From an uncultured Solirubrobacterales bacterium (GTDB taxonomy: Bacteria > Actinomycetota > Thermoleophilia > Solirubrobacterales > 70-9): a DNA stretch of 64,000 nt. This document shows, in pieces, positions 1-9,480 of the stretch (positions are counted from its first letter, which is position 1; the number at the start of each line of letters is the position of its first letter). The DNA is taken from positions 90,923 to 154,922 of the forward strand of contig CAVSKZ010000003.1 in the NCBI GenBank assembly GCA_963728835.1. Direction: 5' to 3'. The notes beneath the pieces were generated by a model that saw only the letters and a program-made list of their open reading frames with translations, searched no databases and had not been told where the DNA came from. Position numbers and translations under genes: made by a program.

Positions 1-319
1 CAAGCGCCTCCTCGAGCGCTTCGGCCAGCGCGAAGCTGCCCTCCCAGCCCGGAAGGTTGCGGGCGCCGGAGACGACGCCGGTTCGCTCGTCCGCGTCTCC
101 GGGCGAGCCGACGCCGACACCCCGGAGGGCGCCGGTCTGCACGCCGGCCTCCTCGGCGGCCTCGCGGAGCGCCGCCGCCATCTCGCCGGCAACGTCCTCA
201 GGCCCCCCGCTGGTCGGCGTCGGGCGCCGCGACTGGCCGAGCACCTCGCCGCTCGCATCGACGATCGCGGTCTGGATCTTCGTCCCGCCGAGGTCGATGC
301 CGCCGCGCAAGTCCGCCAC
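1..319 (-). CDS. ROK-family glucokinase/sugar kinase, N-terminal part (rest lies outside window)
   Basis: Reverse translation from GTG at 319-317 reads VADLRGGIDLGGTKIQTAIVD...GVGVGSPG...NLPGW, the ROK N-terminal ATP-binding pattern. It is absent from the ORF track because it runs off the window edge. Confidence 0.6.
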   Translation of the reverse strand, partial: MADLRGGIDLGGTKIQTAIVDASGEVLGQSRRPTPTSGGPEDVAGEMAAALREAAEEAGVQTGALRGVGVGSPGDADERTGVVSGARNLPGWEGSFALAEALEEAL

Positions 320-339
320 GTGCGTCAGTCTATGGCGCG

Positions 340-909
340 GTGCAGAGAGGCTGGCGCATCTGGTGGGCGAAGCGGCGCTGGTATGAGCGCAACCGGCGGC
401 TGGCCCGGCGCCGGCGGCTGGCCCGGCACGCGGCGCGCGGCGGCTTCTACGTGCGCCAGCCGGTCGAGGGCGAGGTCCTCGAGGCGCTCGACGAGGGCCG
501 CCTGCGGATCGGCGAAGGGACCCTGCTGGAGCCGGGTTGCTGGCTCACCCTGGCGCCCGAGGCGCGGATCGAGATCGGCGAGGGCTGCTTCCTCAACCGC
601 AACACGATGCTGGCCGCGCTCGAGCGGATCGAGATCGGCGACCACACGATGTTCGCCAACGGCTGCTTCGTCGGCGACTCCGACCATCGCTTCGACGACC
701 CCGGCGTTCCGATCACCCAGCAGGGCTTCACCTCCAAGGGGCCGGTGAGGATCGGCTCCAACTGCTGGTTTGGCGTCAACTGCGTCGTCACCAGCGGGGT
801 GACGGTAGGCGACCGCTGCGTGATCGGCGCCAACTCGGTCGTAACCCGCGACCTGCCGCCCGGGACGATCGCGGCGGGCATCCCCGCGAAGCCCTTGAAG
901 CAGCAGTAG
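340..909 (+). CDS. hexapeptide-repeat (left-handed beta-helix) O-acetyltransferase
   Basis: Repeated [LIV]-G-x4 hexapeptides (IEIGEGCFLNRN, IEIGDHTMFANG, VRIGSNCWFGVN, VTVGDRCVIGAN) as in the maltose/galactoside acetyltransferase family. The start codon is uncertain. Confidence 0.7.
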   Translation: MQRGWRIWWAKRRWYERNRRLARRRRLARHAARGGFYVRQPVEGEVLEALDEGRLRIGEGTLLEPGCWLTLAPEARIEIGEGCFLNRNTMLAALERIEIGDHTMFANGCFVGDSDHRFDDPGVPITQQGFTSKGPVRIGSNCWFGVNCVVTSGVTVGDRCVIGANSVVTRDLPPGTIAAGIPAKPLKQQ

Positions 910-1003
910 CACTGCTTTTGGGCAACTCGCGCAATGTGATCAAAACAGCGTAGTTCCGCACGGGACTGCCTATAATCCGCCACACGGCCGTGACCCGAAG
1001 GGC

Positions 1004-1909
1004 ATGGACCCAATGGACCTCGCAGAACTCGTCGATCCCACTCACGCACAAGGCGACGTGAAGCTCTTCCGTGTCAAGGACGAGCTTCGAGCTGCGCTTG
1101 CCCCGGCGCGACGGGACGGCGGCTCGATCGGCCTGGTGCCGACGATGGGCTACCTCCACGAGGGCCATCTCTCGTTGCTGCGCGCAGCCCGCGCCGAGTG
1201 CGACCTCGTGGTCATGAGCCTCTTCGTCAACCCGGCCCAGTTCGGCCCGGGGGAGGACCTCGACCGCTACCCGCGCGACGAGGAGCGCGACCTCCGGCTT
1301 GCCGCCGAGGCCGGGGTCGACCTCGTCTACGCGCCGCCCGTGGAGGCGGTCTACCCGGCCGGCTTCGCCACCCATGTCGAGGTCGGCGGGGAGCTCACCG
1401 GCGTTCTCGACGGCGATCCCTCGCGCCGCGGCCCCGGCCACTTCCGCGGCGTCGCCACCGTCGTCGCCAAGCTCTTCAACTCGATCCAGCCCGACATCGC
1501 CTATTTCGGCCAGAAGGACGCCCAGCAGGTCGCCGTGATCCGCCGCATGGTCCGCGACCTCGACATCCCCGTGAGGATCGAGGTGCTGCCGACCGTGCGC
1601 GAGGCCGACGGCCTGGCGATGAGCTCGCGCAACGCCTACCTCGACCCCCGCGCTCGGGGGCAGGCGGTCGCGCTCTCGCGGGCGCTGCGCGCCGCCGAGG
1701 AGGCGGCCCGGGCCGATGGCCTCGAGGCCGGGCTGCGGGCCGCCCGCGCCGAGCTCGAGGCCGCCGGGGTCGAGCCCGAGTACCTGGAGGCGCGCGACGC
1801 AGAGAGCTTGACCGAGGTCGCCGAGCTCGGCGACCGTCCAACCTTGATCGCGGTCGCCGCCCACGTCGGCGGCGCCCGCCTGATCGACAACGTCTTGATC
1901 CGACCTTGA
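1004..1909 (+). CDS. panC: pantoate--beta-alanine ligase
   Basis: PTMGYLHEGHLSLL HIGH-like motif, FGQKDAQQ and MSSRN motifs; followed by panD and panB. Confidence 0.93.
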   Translation: MDPMDLAELVDPTHAQGDVKLFRVKDELRAALAPARRDGGSIGLVPTMGYLHEGHLSLLRAARAECDLVVMSLFVNPAQFGPGEDLDRYPRDEERDLRLAAEAGVDLVYAPPVEAVYPAGFATHVEVGGELTGVLDGDPSRRGPGHFRGVATVVAKLFNSIQPDIAYFGQKDAQQVAVIRRMVRDLDIPVRIEVLPTVREADGLAMSSRNAYLDPRARGQAVALSRALRAAEEAARADGLEAGLRAARAELEAAGVEPEYLEARDAESLTEVAELGDRPTLIAVAAHVGGARLIDNVLIRP

Positions 1910-1944
1910 AACGCGAAATTCGAGAGAGCTGAACGGGAGGCCAG

Positions 1945-2358
1945 ATGCAAAGGCAGATGCTCAAGTCCAAGATCCACCGTGCCACGGTGACCGACTGCGA
2001 CGTCGACTACATCGGCAGCATCACCATCGACACCGAGCTGATGGCGAGCGCGGACCTGATCACCAACGAGCAGGTCCACGTCTGGGACATCGACAACGGG
2101 GCGCGCTTCGTGACCTACGTGATCGACGGCGAGCCGGGGTCGAAGACGATGCAGGTCAACGGGGCGGCGGCGCACCTGACCCGCCCGGGCCACAAGATCA
2201 TCGTCGCCTCCTTCGGCGCCTACGACGAGAGCGACCTCGAGACCTACTCGCCGGTCGTCGTCCACGTCGACGACGAGAACGAGATCGTCGCCGTCGACAG
2301 CCACCCCGAGGTGCTCCTCGCCGAGCCGGCGCACGCTTCGGACGCGGAGATGGCTTGA
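1945..2358 (+). CDS. panD: aspartate 1-decarboxylase
   Basis: MLKSKIHRATVTDCDVDYIGSITID, the canonical PanD N-terminus including the G-S self-cleavage site; about 137 aa. Confidence 0.93.
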   Translation: MQRQMLKSKIHRATVTDCDVDYIGSITIDTELMASADLITNEQVHVWDIDNGARFVTYVIDGEPGSKTMQVNGAAAHLTRPGHKIIVASFGAYDESDLETYSPVVVHVDDENEIVAVDSHPEVLLAEPAHASDAEMA

Positions 2359-3302
2359 TGACCTCGGGCGCCCGCTCGCACACCGCGCCGCCGCCCGAGG
2401 GGCGGAAGCCGGTCACCCTGCCCCGCCTGGCCGAGATGAAGGCCGCCGGCGAGCCGATCGCGATGGTCACCGCCTACGACTACCCCTCGGCCCGGGTCGC
2501 CGAGGAGGCCGGCGCGGACGTCGTCCTGGTCGGCGACTCCGCAGCGATGGTCGTGCTCGGCCACCCCGGCACCGAGGCCGTCTCGATGGAGGAGATGATC
2601 GTCCTCGGCAAGGCCGTGCGGCGCGGGCTGAACACGCCGCTGATGGTCGGCGACATGCCGATGGGCAGCTACGAGGCGAGCAACGAGCTGGCGATCGGCA
2701 ACGCCCAGCGCCTGGTCAAGGAGACCGGCTGCCAGACGGTGAAGCTGGAGGCGGGAGGGATATCGGTCGAGCGCGCCCGCGCGATCGTCCGCTCCGGGAT
2801 CCCGGTGATGGGCCACGTCGGGCTGACGCCCCAGACCGCGACGGCGCTGGGCGGCTACAAAGCCCAGGGCAAGACCGCCCAGAGCGCGATCCAGCTCTGC
2901 GAGGACGCGCTGGCGCTGCAGGCGGTCGGCTGCTTCGCGATCGTCTTCGAGGCCGTGCCGGCTGCCGTGACCGAGGCGATCGTCGAGAAGCTCGAGATCC
3001 CGGCGATCGGCATCGGCGCCGGCCCCGCGACCGCGGGCCAGGTCCTCGTCTTCCACGACCTGCTCGGCATCACCACCGGGCGCATGGCGAAATTCGTCAA
3101 GCAATACGCCAATGTCCACGAGGAGATGGTCGGCGGCATGGAGCGCTACGTCGAGGAGGTCCGCACCCGCCACTTCCCCGAACCCGACCACGTCTACGGC
3201 ATCGAGCCCGCCGAGCTGGCCGAGCTCGAGGCGCTACCTGGAGCAGGAGAGCCTCACCTCGGCGAAGGCGTGGGACTGGGAGCCGCTGTCCTAGCGGCCT
3301 AG
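2355..3302 (+). CDS. panB: 3-methyl-2-oxobutanoate hydroxymethyltransferase
   Basis: MVTAYDY, VLVGDS, VKLEAGG and GHVGLTPQ motifs of ketopantoate hydroxymethyltransferase; start overlaps the panD stop. Confidence 0.92.
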   Translation: MMTSGARSHTAPPPEGRKPVTLPRLAEMKAAGEPIAMVTAYDYPSARVAEEAGADVVLVGDSAAMVVLGHPGTEAVSMEEMIVLGKAVRRGLNTPLMVGDMPMGSYEASNELAIGNAQRLVKETGCQTVKLEAGGISVERARAIVRSGIPVMGHVGLTPQTATALGGYKAQGKTAQSAIQLCEDALALQAVGCFAIVFEAVPAAVTEAIVEKLEIPAIGIGAGPATAGQVLVFHDLLGITTGRMAKFVKQYANVHEEMVGGMERYVEEVRTRHFPEPDHVYGIEPAELAELEALPGAGEPHLGEGVGLGAAVLAA

Positions 3303-3323
3303 AGTCCACCCGAGACTCTTAAG

Positions 3324-3593
3324 ATGGGCGTCAGAGTGCCCGTCTACGAGTTCGAGTGCGAGCAGTGCGGCGACCGCTTCGAGGAGCTGGCGCCGAGCGA
3401 TACGCAGAGCCTTGCCTGCCCGGCCTGCGGTTCGGGTCGCACACGGCGCCTGATCTCGCCGGTTTCCCCACCCGGCCGCCAGCCACGCGGGGCGAGCGTT
3501 CGCTCGGGCGAATCGCAGCGCCGCGAGCGCGAAGCGGCGCGGGGGGAGCGCCTCGCCGAGACCAGGCGCAAGCGCGCGGCGGGAGAGCTTTGA
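3324..3593 (+). CDS. FmdB-family zinc-ribbon protein
   Basis: YEFECEQCGDRFE...CPACGS, i.e. CxxC-N-CxxC at the N-terminus with a basic tail, as in the FmdB/CxxC_CxxC_SSSS family. Confidence 0.75.
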   Translation: MGVRVPVYEFECEQCGDRFEELAPSDTQSLACPACGSGRTRRLISPVSPPGRQPRGASVRSGESQRREREAARGERLAETRRKRAAGEL

Positions 3594-4267
3594 TGGTCAC
3601 CGCCGAGGAGCGGCGAGAGCACTTGGTCGCCCTCTACAAGGAAGTCCGGGCCTGCACGAAGTGCCCCCTGCACGAGACGCGCACCAAGGCGGTCTTCGGG
3701 GCCGGGGACGCCGACGCGGACCTGATGTTCGTCGGCGAGGCGCCCGGGGCCGAAGAGGACCGCCAGGGCCTTCCCTTCGTCGGTCGCGCCGGCCAGCTGC
3801 TCAACCAGATGCTGGAGGAGATCGGGCTCTCGCGCGAGGAGGTCTTCATCGCCAACGTGCTGAAGAGCCGTCCGCCGGGAAACCGCGACCCGCAGCCCCT
3901 GGAGATCGAGGCCTGCCGCGCCTACCTCTTCGAGCAGGTGCGCCTGATCGAGCCGACGGTCATCTGCACGCTGGGCAACTTCGCCACCAAGCTGCTCACC
4001 GGCAACCCGGCCGGAATCACCCGGGTGCGGGGAACCCCCCAGGTGCACGAGCTGGGCGGGCGCACGGTCTTCCTGTTGCCGATCTTCCACCCGGCGGCCG
4101 CGCTGCGCACGCCGGCCGTGAAGGAGACGCTGCGCGAGGACTTCGCCACCATCCCGGACCTGCTGGCGATGGGTCCCCCGGTCGCCGCCGAAGAGCCTCT
4201 CGAGGAGCCGGAGGAGGGGGATTCGGCGCCCGAGCCCCCCGCCGACCAGCTCGGCTTCTTCGGGTGA
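3593..4267 (+). CDS. family 4 uracil-DNA glycosylase
   Basis: CTKCPL, GEAPGAEED, FIANVLKSRPPGNRDP and HPAAALR motifs. ATG at 3593 overlaps the preceding TGA. The upstream part of track ORF 3356..4267 is Arg/Pro-rich shadow. Confidence 0.88.
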   Translation: MVTAEERREHLVALYKEVRACTKCPLHETRTKAVFGAGDADADLMFVGEAPGAEEDRQGLPFVGRAGQLLNQMLEEIGLSREEVFIANVLKSRPPGNRDPQPLEIEACRAYLFEQVRLIEPTVICTLGNFATKLLTGNPAGITRVRGTPQVHELGGRTVFLLPIFHPAAALRTPAVKETLREDFATIPDLLAMGPPVAAEEPLEEPEEGDSAPEPPADQLGFFG

Positions 4268-4719
4268 GCGTCCAGCGGCATCTCACGCAGTCCGCCGCGG
4301 AGACCGAAGCGCTCGGCGGCGAGCTCGCCGAGCGGCTCGGCCCCGGCGACGTGGTCGTCGTCAGCGGCGAGGTCGGTGCCGGCAAGACGACCCTGATCCG
4401 CGGCGCCTGCCGGGCGCTCGGGATCGAGTCCCCGGTCACCTCGCCCACCTTCACGATCGGCCACCGGTACGAGGGGGGACGGCTGCCGGTCGCCCACCTC
4501 GACCTCTACCGGCTCGAGGGCGGCCTCGAGGGCGAGGACCCAGCCCTTCTCGACGACTACCTGGTCGCGAACGCGGTCGCCTTCGTCGAGTGGCCGGCGG
4601 TGGCCGAGCCCCATCTCACCGACCGGCGGGTCCTGGCCGTGCGCCTCGCCCACGCGGGCGGCGACCGCCGCGAGATCGAGATTCCGCCGCATCCGCCCGC
4701 AAACAGGCGTGTTCAGTAG
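4264..4719 (+). CDS. tsaE: tRNA t6A37 biosynthesis ATPase TsaE
   Basis: SGEVGAGKTTLIRG P-loop, SPTFTI, HLDLYRL and VEWPAV motifs; GTG at 4264 overlaps the UDG stop. Confidence 0.88.
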   Translation: MSVQRHLTQSAAETEALGGELAERLGPGDVVVVSGEVGAGKTTLIRGACRALGIESPVTSPTFTIGHRYEGGRLPVAHLDLYRLEGGLEGEDPALLDDYLVANAVAFVEWPAVAEPHLTDRRVLAVRLAHAGGDRREIEIPPHPPANRRVQ

Positions 4720-4753
4720 AGAGCGGTACATGTAGCATCGAACGGATGTCGAA

Positions 4754-5149
4754 ATGCGAACTGGAGGGATGCCGATGAAGGGAATGAAGACGCTGGGCGC
4801 CGCGCTGCTGACGGTCGCGGCTCTGACCTGCCTGGCGCCGGCGTCGGCGGGGGCTGCCGCCTACCAGCATTACGTCGCCTGCGGTGTCTCCCAGAACGCG
4901 CCGCCGGCGCACAAATGTCCGAAGAAAAGCAAGAAGGGCGCCTTCTTCAAAAGCCTCCAGGCGGAAGTCGACTACAGCATCTGCGTCAAGTTCCCGACTG
5001 GGGAAAACATCTGCGCGAAAGCCCAGCCGGCCAAACAGGGAAAGCTCTACGTCAACAAGATCACTTCCAACATCCCCGGCAAGCACCGGGTGACCTGGTT
5101 CGTCGGGGGCAAACGCGTCGGTCTCTTCATCTTCAAAGTCTCTGACTGA
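4754..5149 (+). CDS. secreted hypothetical protein (signal peptide, 6 Cys)
   Basis: MKGMKTLGAALLTVAALTCLAPASAGAAA signal sequence followed by a small Cys-containing beta-rich domain with good GC3. No family recognised. Confidence 0.6.
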   Translation: MRTGGMPMKGMKTLGAALLTVAALTCLAPASAGAAAYQHYVACGVSQNAPPAHKCPKKSKKGAFFKSLQAEVDYSICVKFPTGENICAKAQPAKQGKLYVNKITSNIPGKHRVTWFVGGKRVGLFIFKVSD

Positions 5150-5873
5150 CCGTCCGGGAACCGAGATCGCCGTCGTCGGCTTCGACACGGCGACCGCCGA
5201 CACCGCTGTCTGCTCGACGCGCGGCGACGCGGCGATGCACGAGGAGCGACTCGGGCTCGGGCCTGACGGGAGCCCGCGGCACTCGACCGCGCTGCTGGCC
5301 GAGGTCGAGCGCGCGACGTCGGCAATCGGGGGCTGGGGTGCAGTCGACCGGATAGCGGTCGGTCTCGGCCCGGGCTCCTTCGTCGGGATCCGCATCGCGA
5401 TCGCCACGGCTCGCGGCTTGGCCGCGAGCACCGGCCTGCCGGTGACGGGGGTCTGCACCCTCGACGCGCTCGGCCGGGCGGCGGGGGAGGCGGCGGACCC
5501 AGGTCGGTCCTGCCTGGCCGTGCTCGACGCGCGCCGGGGGGAGGCGTTTGCCGCGCTCTACGCGGCCGACGGCACCCGGCTTTGGGAGCCCTTCGTGGCC
5601 GCGCCCGAGGAGCTGGCGGACCGCGTCGGGGCTCTTCCGCAACCGCCCCTGGCAGCCGGATCGGGAGCGCTACGATTTCGGGATGAGCTGGCGAGTCGGG
5701 GCGTCGAGGTTCCCGGCGACGCCGACCCCGTCCACCGGGTCGCGGCGCGGCACGTCTGCGCGCTCGCGGCGCCCGGCGGCAGCGTGGACGACGACCGGCT
5801 CGACCCGATCTACCTGAGGCCTCCCGATGCGCAGCGATGGCGTGAGCGAAACGATGTCCAGCCGGCCGAGTGA
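5142..5873 (+). CDS. tsaB: tRNA t6A37 biosynthesis protein TsaB
   Basis: EIAVVGFDTATADTAVC...PRHSTALLAEV...IAVGLGPGSFVGIRIAIATARGLA is the YeaZ/TsaB pattern. Homology starts near 5163, upstream of the track ATG at 5235. No canonical start codon is visible there, so the 5' end is uncertain. Confidence 0.8.
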   Translation: MTDRPGTEIAVVGFDTATADTAVCSTRGDAAMHEERLGLGPDGSPRHSTALLAEVERATSAIGGWGAVDRIAVGLGPGSFVGIRIAIATARGLAASTGLPVTGVCTLDALGRAAGEAADPGRSCLAVLDARRGEAFAALYAADGTRLWEPFVAAPEELADRVGALPQPPLAAGSGALRFRDELASRGVEVPGDADPVHRVAARHVCALAAPGGSVDDDRLDPIYLRPPDAQRWRERNDVQPAE

Positions 5874-6312
5874 GGCGCTCGAGGGAGTCGAGATGAGGCG
5901 GCTCGCCTACAGCGACCTGCCCGCCGTGATCTCGATCGAGCGCCGTTCCTTCCCGACCCCCTGGTCGCTGGCGATGTTCGTGCTCGAGCTCTCCAAGCCG
6001 TCGGGCATCTGCCTCGCGGCGACCGACGGCACCGGGCTCTGCGGCTACCTGGTCTGCTCGCGCTACGACCAGGTCTGGCACCTGATGAACGTCGCCGTCG
6101 CCCCCGAGCGCCGGCGCACCGGCATCGCCCGCGGCTTGATCTCGCGGCTCCTCGAGGAGGGGGAAGGGCGACTTCCCTTCACGCTCGAGGTCCGGGTCTC
6201 CAACCGGCCCGCGATCGCGATGTACGAGAGGCTCGGCTTCCACTCGGCAGGCGTGCGGCCCCGCTACTACCAGGACAACGGCGAGGACGCTCTGATCATG
6301 TGGCTGGACTGA
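5854..6312 (+). CDS. rimI: ribosomal-protein-alanine N-acetyltransferase
   Basis: GNAT fold (IERRSFPTPWS, LMNVAVAPERRRTGIARGLI, MYERLGF) in the conserved tsaB-rimI-tsaD position. The start could be 5827, 5854 or 5893. Confidence 0.85.
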   Translation: MSSRPSEALEGVEMRRLAYSDLPAVISIERRSFPTPWSLAMFVLELSKPSGICLAATDGTGLCGYLVCSRYDQVWHLMNVAVAPERRRTGIARGLISRLLEEGEGRLPFTLEVRVSNRPAIAMYERLGFHSAGVRPRYYQDNGEDALIMWLD

Positions 6313-7331
6313 TCCTCGCGATCGAGACCTCCTGCGACGACACCTGCGCGGCGCTGCTCGACGGGCCGCGCGTGCTCGCCAACACGATCTCCTCGCAGGC
6401 GGCTGCCCACGCCCAGTTCGGCGGCGTCGTGCCCGAGGTCGCCTCTCGCCACCACCTGGAGCTGGTGACCCCGGTCGTCGAGGCGGCCCTGGAGGCGGCC
6501 GGCGCCACGCTCGACGACGTCGGCTCGGTGGCCGTCACCGCCGGGCCGGGCCTGATCGGCGCGCTGCTGATCGGGGTGAGCACGGCGAAGGCGATCGCTG
6601 CCCCGCGCCGCCTGCCGCTGATCCCGGTCGACCACCTGCAGGGGCACGTCGCCGCCAACTTCCTCGAGCCCGAGCCGCTGCAGCCGCCCTTTCTCTGCCT
6701 CCTTGCCAGCGGCGGCCACACGCTGCTCGCCGCCGTGCGCGACCACGCCGGACACGAAGTGCTCGGCCAGACCCTCGACGACGCGGCGGGGGAGGCGTTC
6801 GACAAGGTCGCCCGCCTGCTCGGACTCGGCTATCCGGGCGGGCCGGCGCTGGAGAAGCTGGCCCGCGAAGGCGACCCCGCAGCGTTCGAGATGCCGGTGG
6901 CAATGAGCCGCGATCCCGGCCTCGACTTCAGCTTCAGCGGCCTGAAGACCGCCCTCGTCTACCTCTGCCGGGATCTCGGTCCCGACGGCGTGAGCGAGCG
7001 CCGCGCCGACCTGGCGGCCAGCTTCCAGGCCGCCGCCGTCGGCCAGCTCGTCGCCAAGCTCGAGCGCGCCCTGAAGCGCGGAGACTGGCAGGCCGTCGCC
7101 CTGGGCGGGGGCGTGGCCGCGAACGGGCCGCTGCGCGAGTCGGCGCGCGAGGCCTGCGAGCGCAACGGCGCCGCCCTAAAGCTGGTCGGGCTCGAGCTCT
7201 GCACGGACAACGCGGCGATGATCGGCTCCGCCGCTCGCTTCGCGGAGCCGATCCCCTATCCCGACTACCTCGCCTACGACGCCTTCGCCACCCGTAACCA
7301 CCCGCCGACGGGACGAAATCAGCCCGTATGA
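6300..7331 (+). CDS. tsaD: tRNA N6-adenosine threonylcarbamoyltransferase
   Basis: LAIETSCDDTCAALL, VASRHH, GPGLIGALLIG, VDHLQGH and LASGGHT motifs of Kae1/TsaD. Confidence 0.93.
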   Translation: MAGLILAIETSCDDTCAALLDGPRVLANTISSQAAAHAQFGGVVPEVASRHHLELVTPVVEAALEAAGATLDDVGSVAVTAGPGLIGALLIGVSTAKAIAAPRRLPLIPVDHLQGHVAANFLEPEPLQPPFLCLLASGGHTLLAAVRDHAGHEVLGQTLDDAAGEAFDKVARLLGLGYPGGPALEKLAREGDPAAFEMPVAMSRDPGLDFSFSGLKTALVYLCRDLGPDGVSERRADLAASFQAAAVGQLVAKLERALKRGDWQAVALGGGVAANGPLRESAREACERNGAALKLVGLELCTDNAAMIGSAARFAEPIPYPDYLAYDAFATRNHPPTGRNQPV

Positions 7332-7350
7332 GGCGGATTTCGTCCCGTCG
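7306..7350 (+). terminator. 15-bp perfect hairpin spanning the tsaD stop codon
   Basis: CGACGGGACGAAATC (7306-7320) is the exact reverse complement of GATTTCGTCCCGTCG (7336-7350). The 15-nt loop contains the TGA. No U-tract follows. Confidence 0.45.
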
Positions 7351-7359
7351 GCATCGAAG

Positions 7360-7608
7360 ATGACGATCGTCACTGTCTACTCCCGGCCGGAGTGCCACCT
7401 TTGCGCGGAAGCGATCGAGGCGCTCGTCGCCCTGCACGCGGAGGGTTTCCGCTTCGAGCTGCACGAGGTTGACATCGAGAGCGAGGAGCTGCTGCTGCGG
7501 CGCATGCTGGAGAGAATCCCGGTGGTGGAGGTCGACGGCGAGATCGTGTCCGAGCTGCTGCTCGACGAGGCGGCGGTACGGGCGAGGCTCGATAGGGTGG
7601 AGGCGTGA
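7360..7608 (+). CDS. glutaredoxin-like protein (DUF836/YruB type)
   Basis: 82 aa with VYSRPECHLCAEA (CxxC) and IPVVEVDGE, the thioredoxin-fold glutaredoxin 2-like pattern. Confidence 0.7.
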   Translation: MTIVTVYSRPECHLCAEAIEALVALHAEGFRFELHEVDIESEELLLRRMLERIPVVEVDGEIVSELLLDEAAVRARLDRVEA

Positions 7609-8273
7609 GCCCCTTGATCGAAGAGCAGGAGGCGGCCGACGGGCTGATCGTCGAGGGCGAGCGCCTCTCGCTCGGCGTCGCGGCACGGCTCTCGCGTTAC
7701 CTCCAGGTCCTCACCCAGGCCCGCAAGATGGGCCGCGAGACGATCTCCTCGCAGGAACTCTCCGAGTACACGCACATCAACCCGACCCAGATCCGCCGCG
7801 ATCTCTCGGGCTTCGGCAAGTTCGGCAAGCGTGGCGTCGGCTACAACGTCGACTCCCTGGTGGCGGAGGTCCGCAAGATCCTGCGCACCTCGGGCCAGCA
7901 CAACATCGCCCTCTTCGGCGCCGGCAACCTCGGCCAGGCGATCGCCAGCTCCGACATCTTCGCCGACCACGGCTTCCAGATCGTCGCCATGTTCGACGTC
8001 GACAGCGGGGTGGTCGGCACCGAGGTCGGCGACATGCGGGTGCGCGACTTCTCCGAGCTGGAGTCGGTCGTGTCCGAGCAGGAGATCGTCGTCGGGGTGC
8101 TGGCCGTGCCCGCCGCGGCTGCGCAGGGGGTCGCCGACCGGCTGGTCGAGGCCGGGGTGAAGATCATCTTCAACTACTCCGAGCAGCTTCTCCAGGTGCC
8201 GCCGGAGGTGACGGTCCACACCTCGAGCCCCGCTGTCGACCTCCTCTACGCGCTCTACTTCTACCTGACCTGA
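7605..8273 (+). CDS. rex: redox-sensing transcriptional repressor Rex
   Basis: RLSRYLQVL, ISSQELSE, IRRDLSGFGKFGKRGVGY and the LFGAGNLGQA Rossmann motif. Confidence 0.9.
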   Translation: MSPLIEEQEAADGLIVEGERLSLGVAARLSRYLQVLTQARKMGRETISSQELSEYTHINPTQIRRDLSGFGKFGKRGVGYNVDSLVAEVRKILRTSGQHNIALFGAGNLGQAIASSDIFADHGFQIVAMFDVDSGVVGTEVGDMRVRDFSELESVVSEQEIVVGVLAVPAAAAQGVADRLVEAGVKIIFNYSEQLLQVPPEVTVHTSSPAVDLLYALYFYLT

Positions 8274-8282
8274 GGCTGATTC

Positions 8283-9443
8283 TTGTCCTTGGACCTCGAC
8301 CTCGCTCGGGAGACGTTCGAGTCCTCTACCGACTTCACCATCGGGCTCGAGGAGGAGTTTGCGATCCTCGACCCAGCGACGCTCGAGCTCGAGCACCGTT
8401 TCGAGGACGTGTACGCGGCCTGCCAGCGCGACGAGCTGCTTGCCGAGTCCGCGGCCGGGGAGCTGATCGCGTCGGAGATCGAGATCCGCTCGGGCCGGGC
8501 CGGCGACTTTGCCGAGGCGGTTGCGCTGCAGCGCGAGCGGCGCGTCCGTCTCTTCGATCTGGTGGGGGGGATGGGCCTGGCGCTGGGAGCGATGGGCACT
8601 CACCCCTGGGCCGACTATCTCGACCAGCGGATCATCGACACGCCACACTACAGCCGCCTTAGGCACGAACTCGGCTACGTCGCCCAGCGCAACAACACCT
8701 GGAGCATGCACGTGCACATGGGCGTGCGCGGGGCCGACCGCGCGATCGCCGTCTGCGACTGGATGCGCGAGCTGCTGCCGCTCCTGCTCGCGGTTTCGGC
8801 CAACTCGCCTTTCCTCGACCGACGCGACAGCGGCCTGCACACGGTGAGGACCGAGATCTTCACCCGCACCTTTCCCCGCTGTGGGGTGCCCAGCCCGTTC
8901 GTCGACTGGGCCAGCTACGCCGACTTCATCGGCACCCTCGAGCGCACCGGCTCGGTGGTCGAGTCGACGCAGCTGTGGTGGAGCGTGCGCCCGCACCATT
9001 CCTTCGGCACGGTCGAGGTGCGGATCTGCGACGCCCAGACGCGTGGGGAGGAGTCCTTCGCCCTTGCCGGCCTGATCGCCGCCTGCATCGCCCAGACCGC
9101 GCTCTCCTACGACGAGCACGGCTACGACGGCGCCGGCCGGCCGCTCGCCGATCGGGAGATCGAGGAGAACCTCTGGCGCGCGATCCGCCACGGGATGAGC
9201 GGACGCCAGATCGACTTCCGCCGCGGAGTCGAGGTGGAGGCCCCCGCGGCCCTGGAGTCGCTGCTTGCCTGGACCGAGCCGGCACGGGCCCAGCTGGGCA
9301 TCGAGGTCGACCTTCCGGCTCGCAACGGCGCCCAGCGGACGCGCGAGGCGATCGACGCGGGAGTGGCGATCGAGGACGTCTACCGGGACGCGGTGGCGGA
9401 GACGAAACGCACCTACACCGCCGATGTCGGCGCACGTAGATAG
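8283..9443 (+). CDS. carboxylate-amine ligase (glutamate-cysteine ligase family 2, YbdK-like)
   Basis: [19 protein letters not shown] and [17 protein letters not shown] motifs of GCS2. Confidence 0.85.
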   Translation: MSLDLDLARETFESSTDFTIGLEEEFAILDPATLELEHRFEDVYAACQRDELLAESAAGELIASEIEIRSGRAGDFAEAVALQRERRVRLFDLVGGMGLALGAMGTHPWADYLDQRIIDTPHYSRLRHELGYVAQRNNTWSMHVHMGVRGADRAIAVCDWMRELLPLLLAVSANSPFLDRRDSGLHTVRTEIFTRTFPRCGVPSPFVDWASYADFIGTLERTGSVVESTQLWWSVRPHHSFGTVEVRICDAQTRGEESFALAGLIAACIAQTALSYDEHGYDGAGRPLADREIEENLWRAIRHGMSGRQIDFRRGVEVEAPAALESLLAWTEPARAQLGIEVDLPARNGAQRTREAIDAGVAIEDVYRDAVAETKRTYTADVGARR

Positions 9444-9480
9444 ACTCCCGCGCCGCTTAAACCACGCCGGAGGAATTGAC

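Noticed and set aside
788-1864. 358-aa minus-strand ORF, with similar long ORFs at 7377-9191, 16083-18242, 45896-47722 and 53638-55515
   Set aside because: All lie antisense to genes with unmistakable conserved motifs (panC, rex/ybdK, the APC permease, aspS, alaS). Their translations are Arg/Gly/Pro/Ala/Asp-rich low-complexity text, typical of stop-poor shadow frames in 70% GC DNA.
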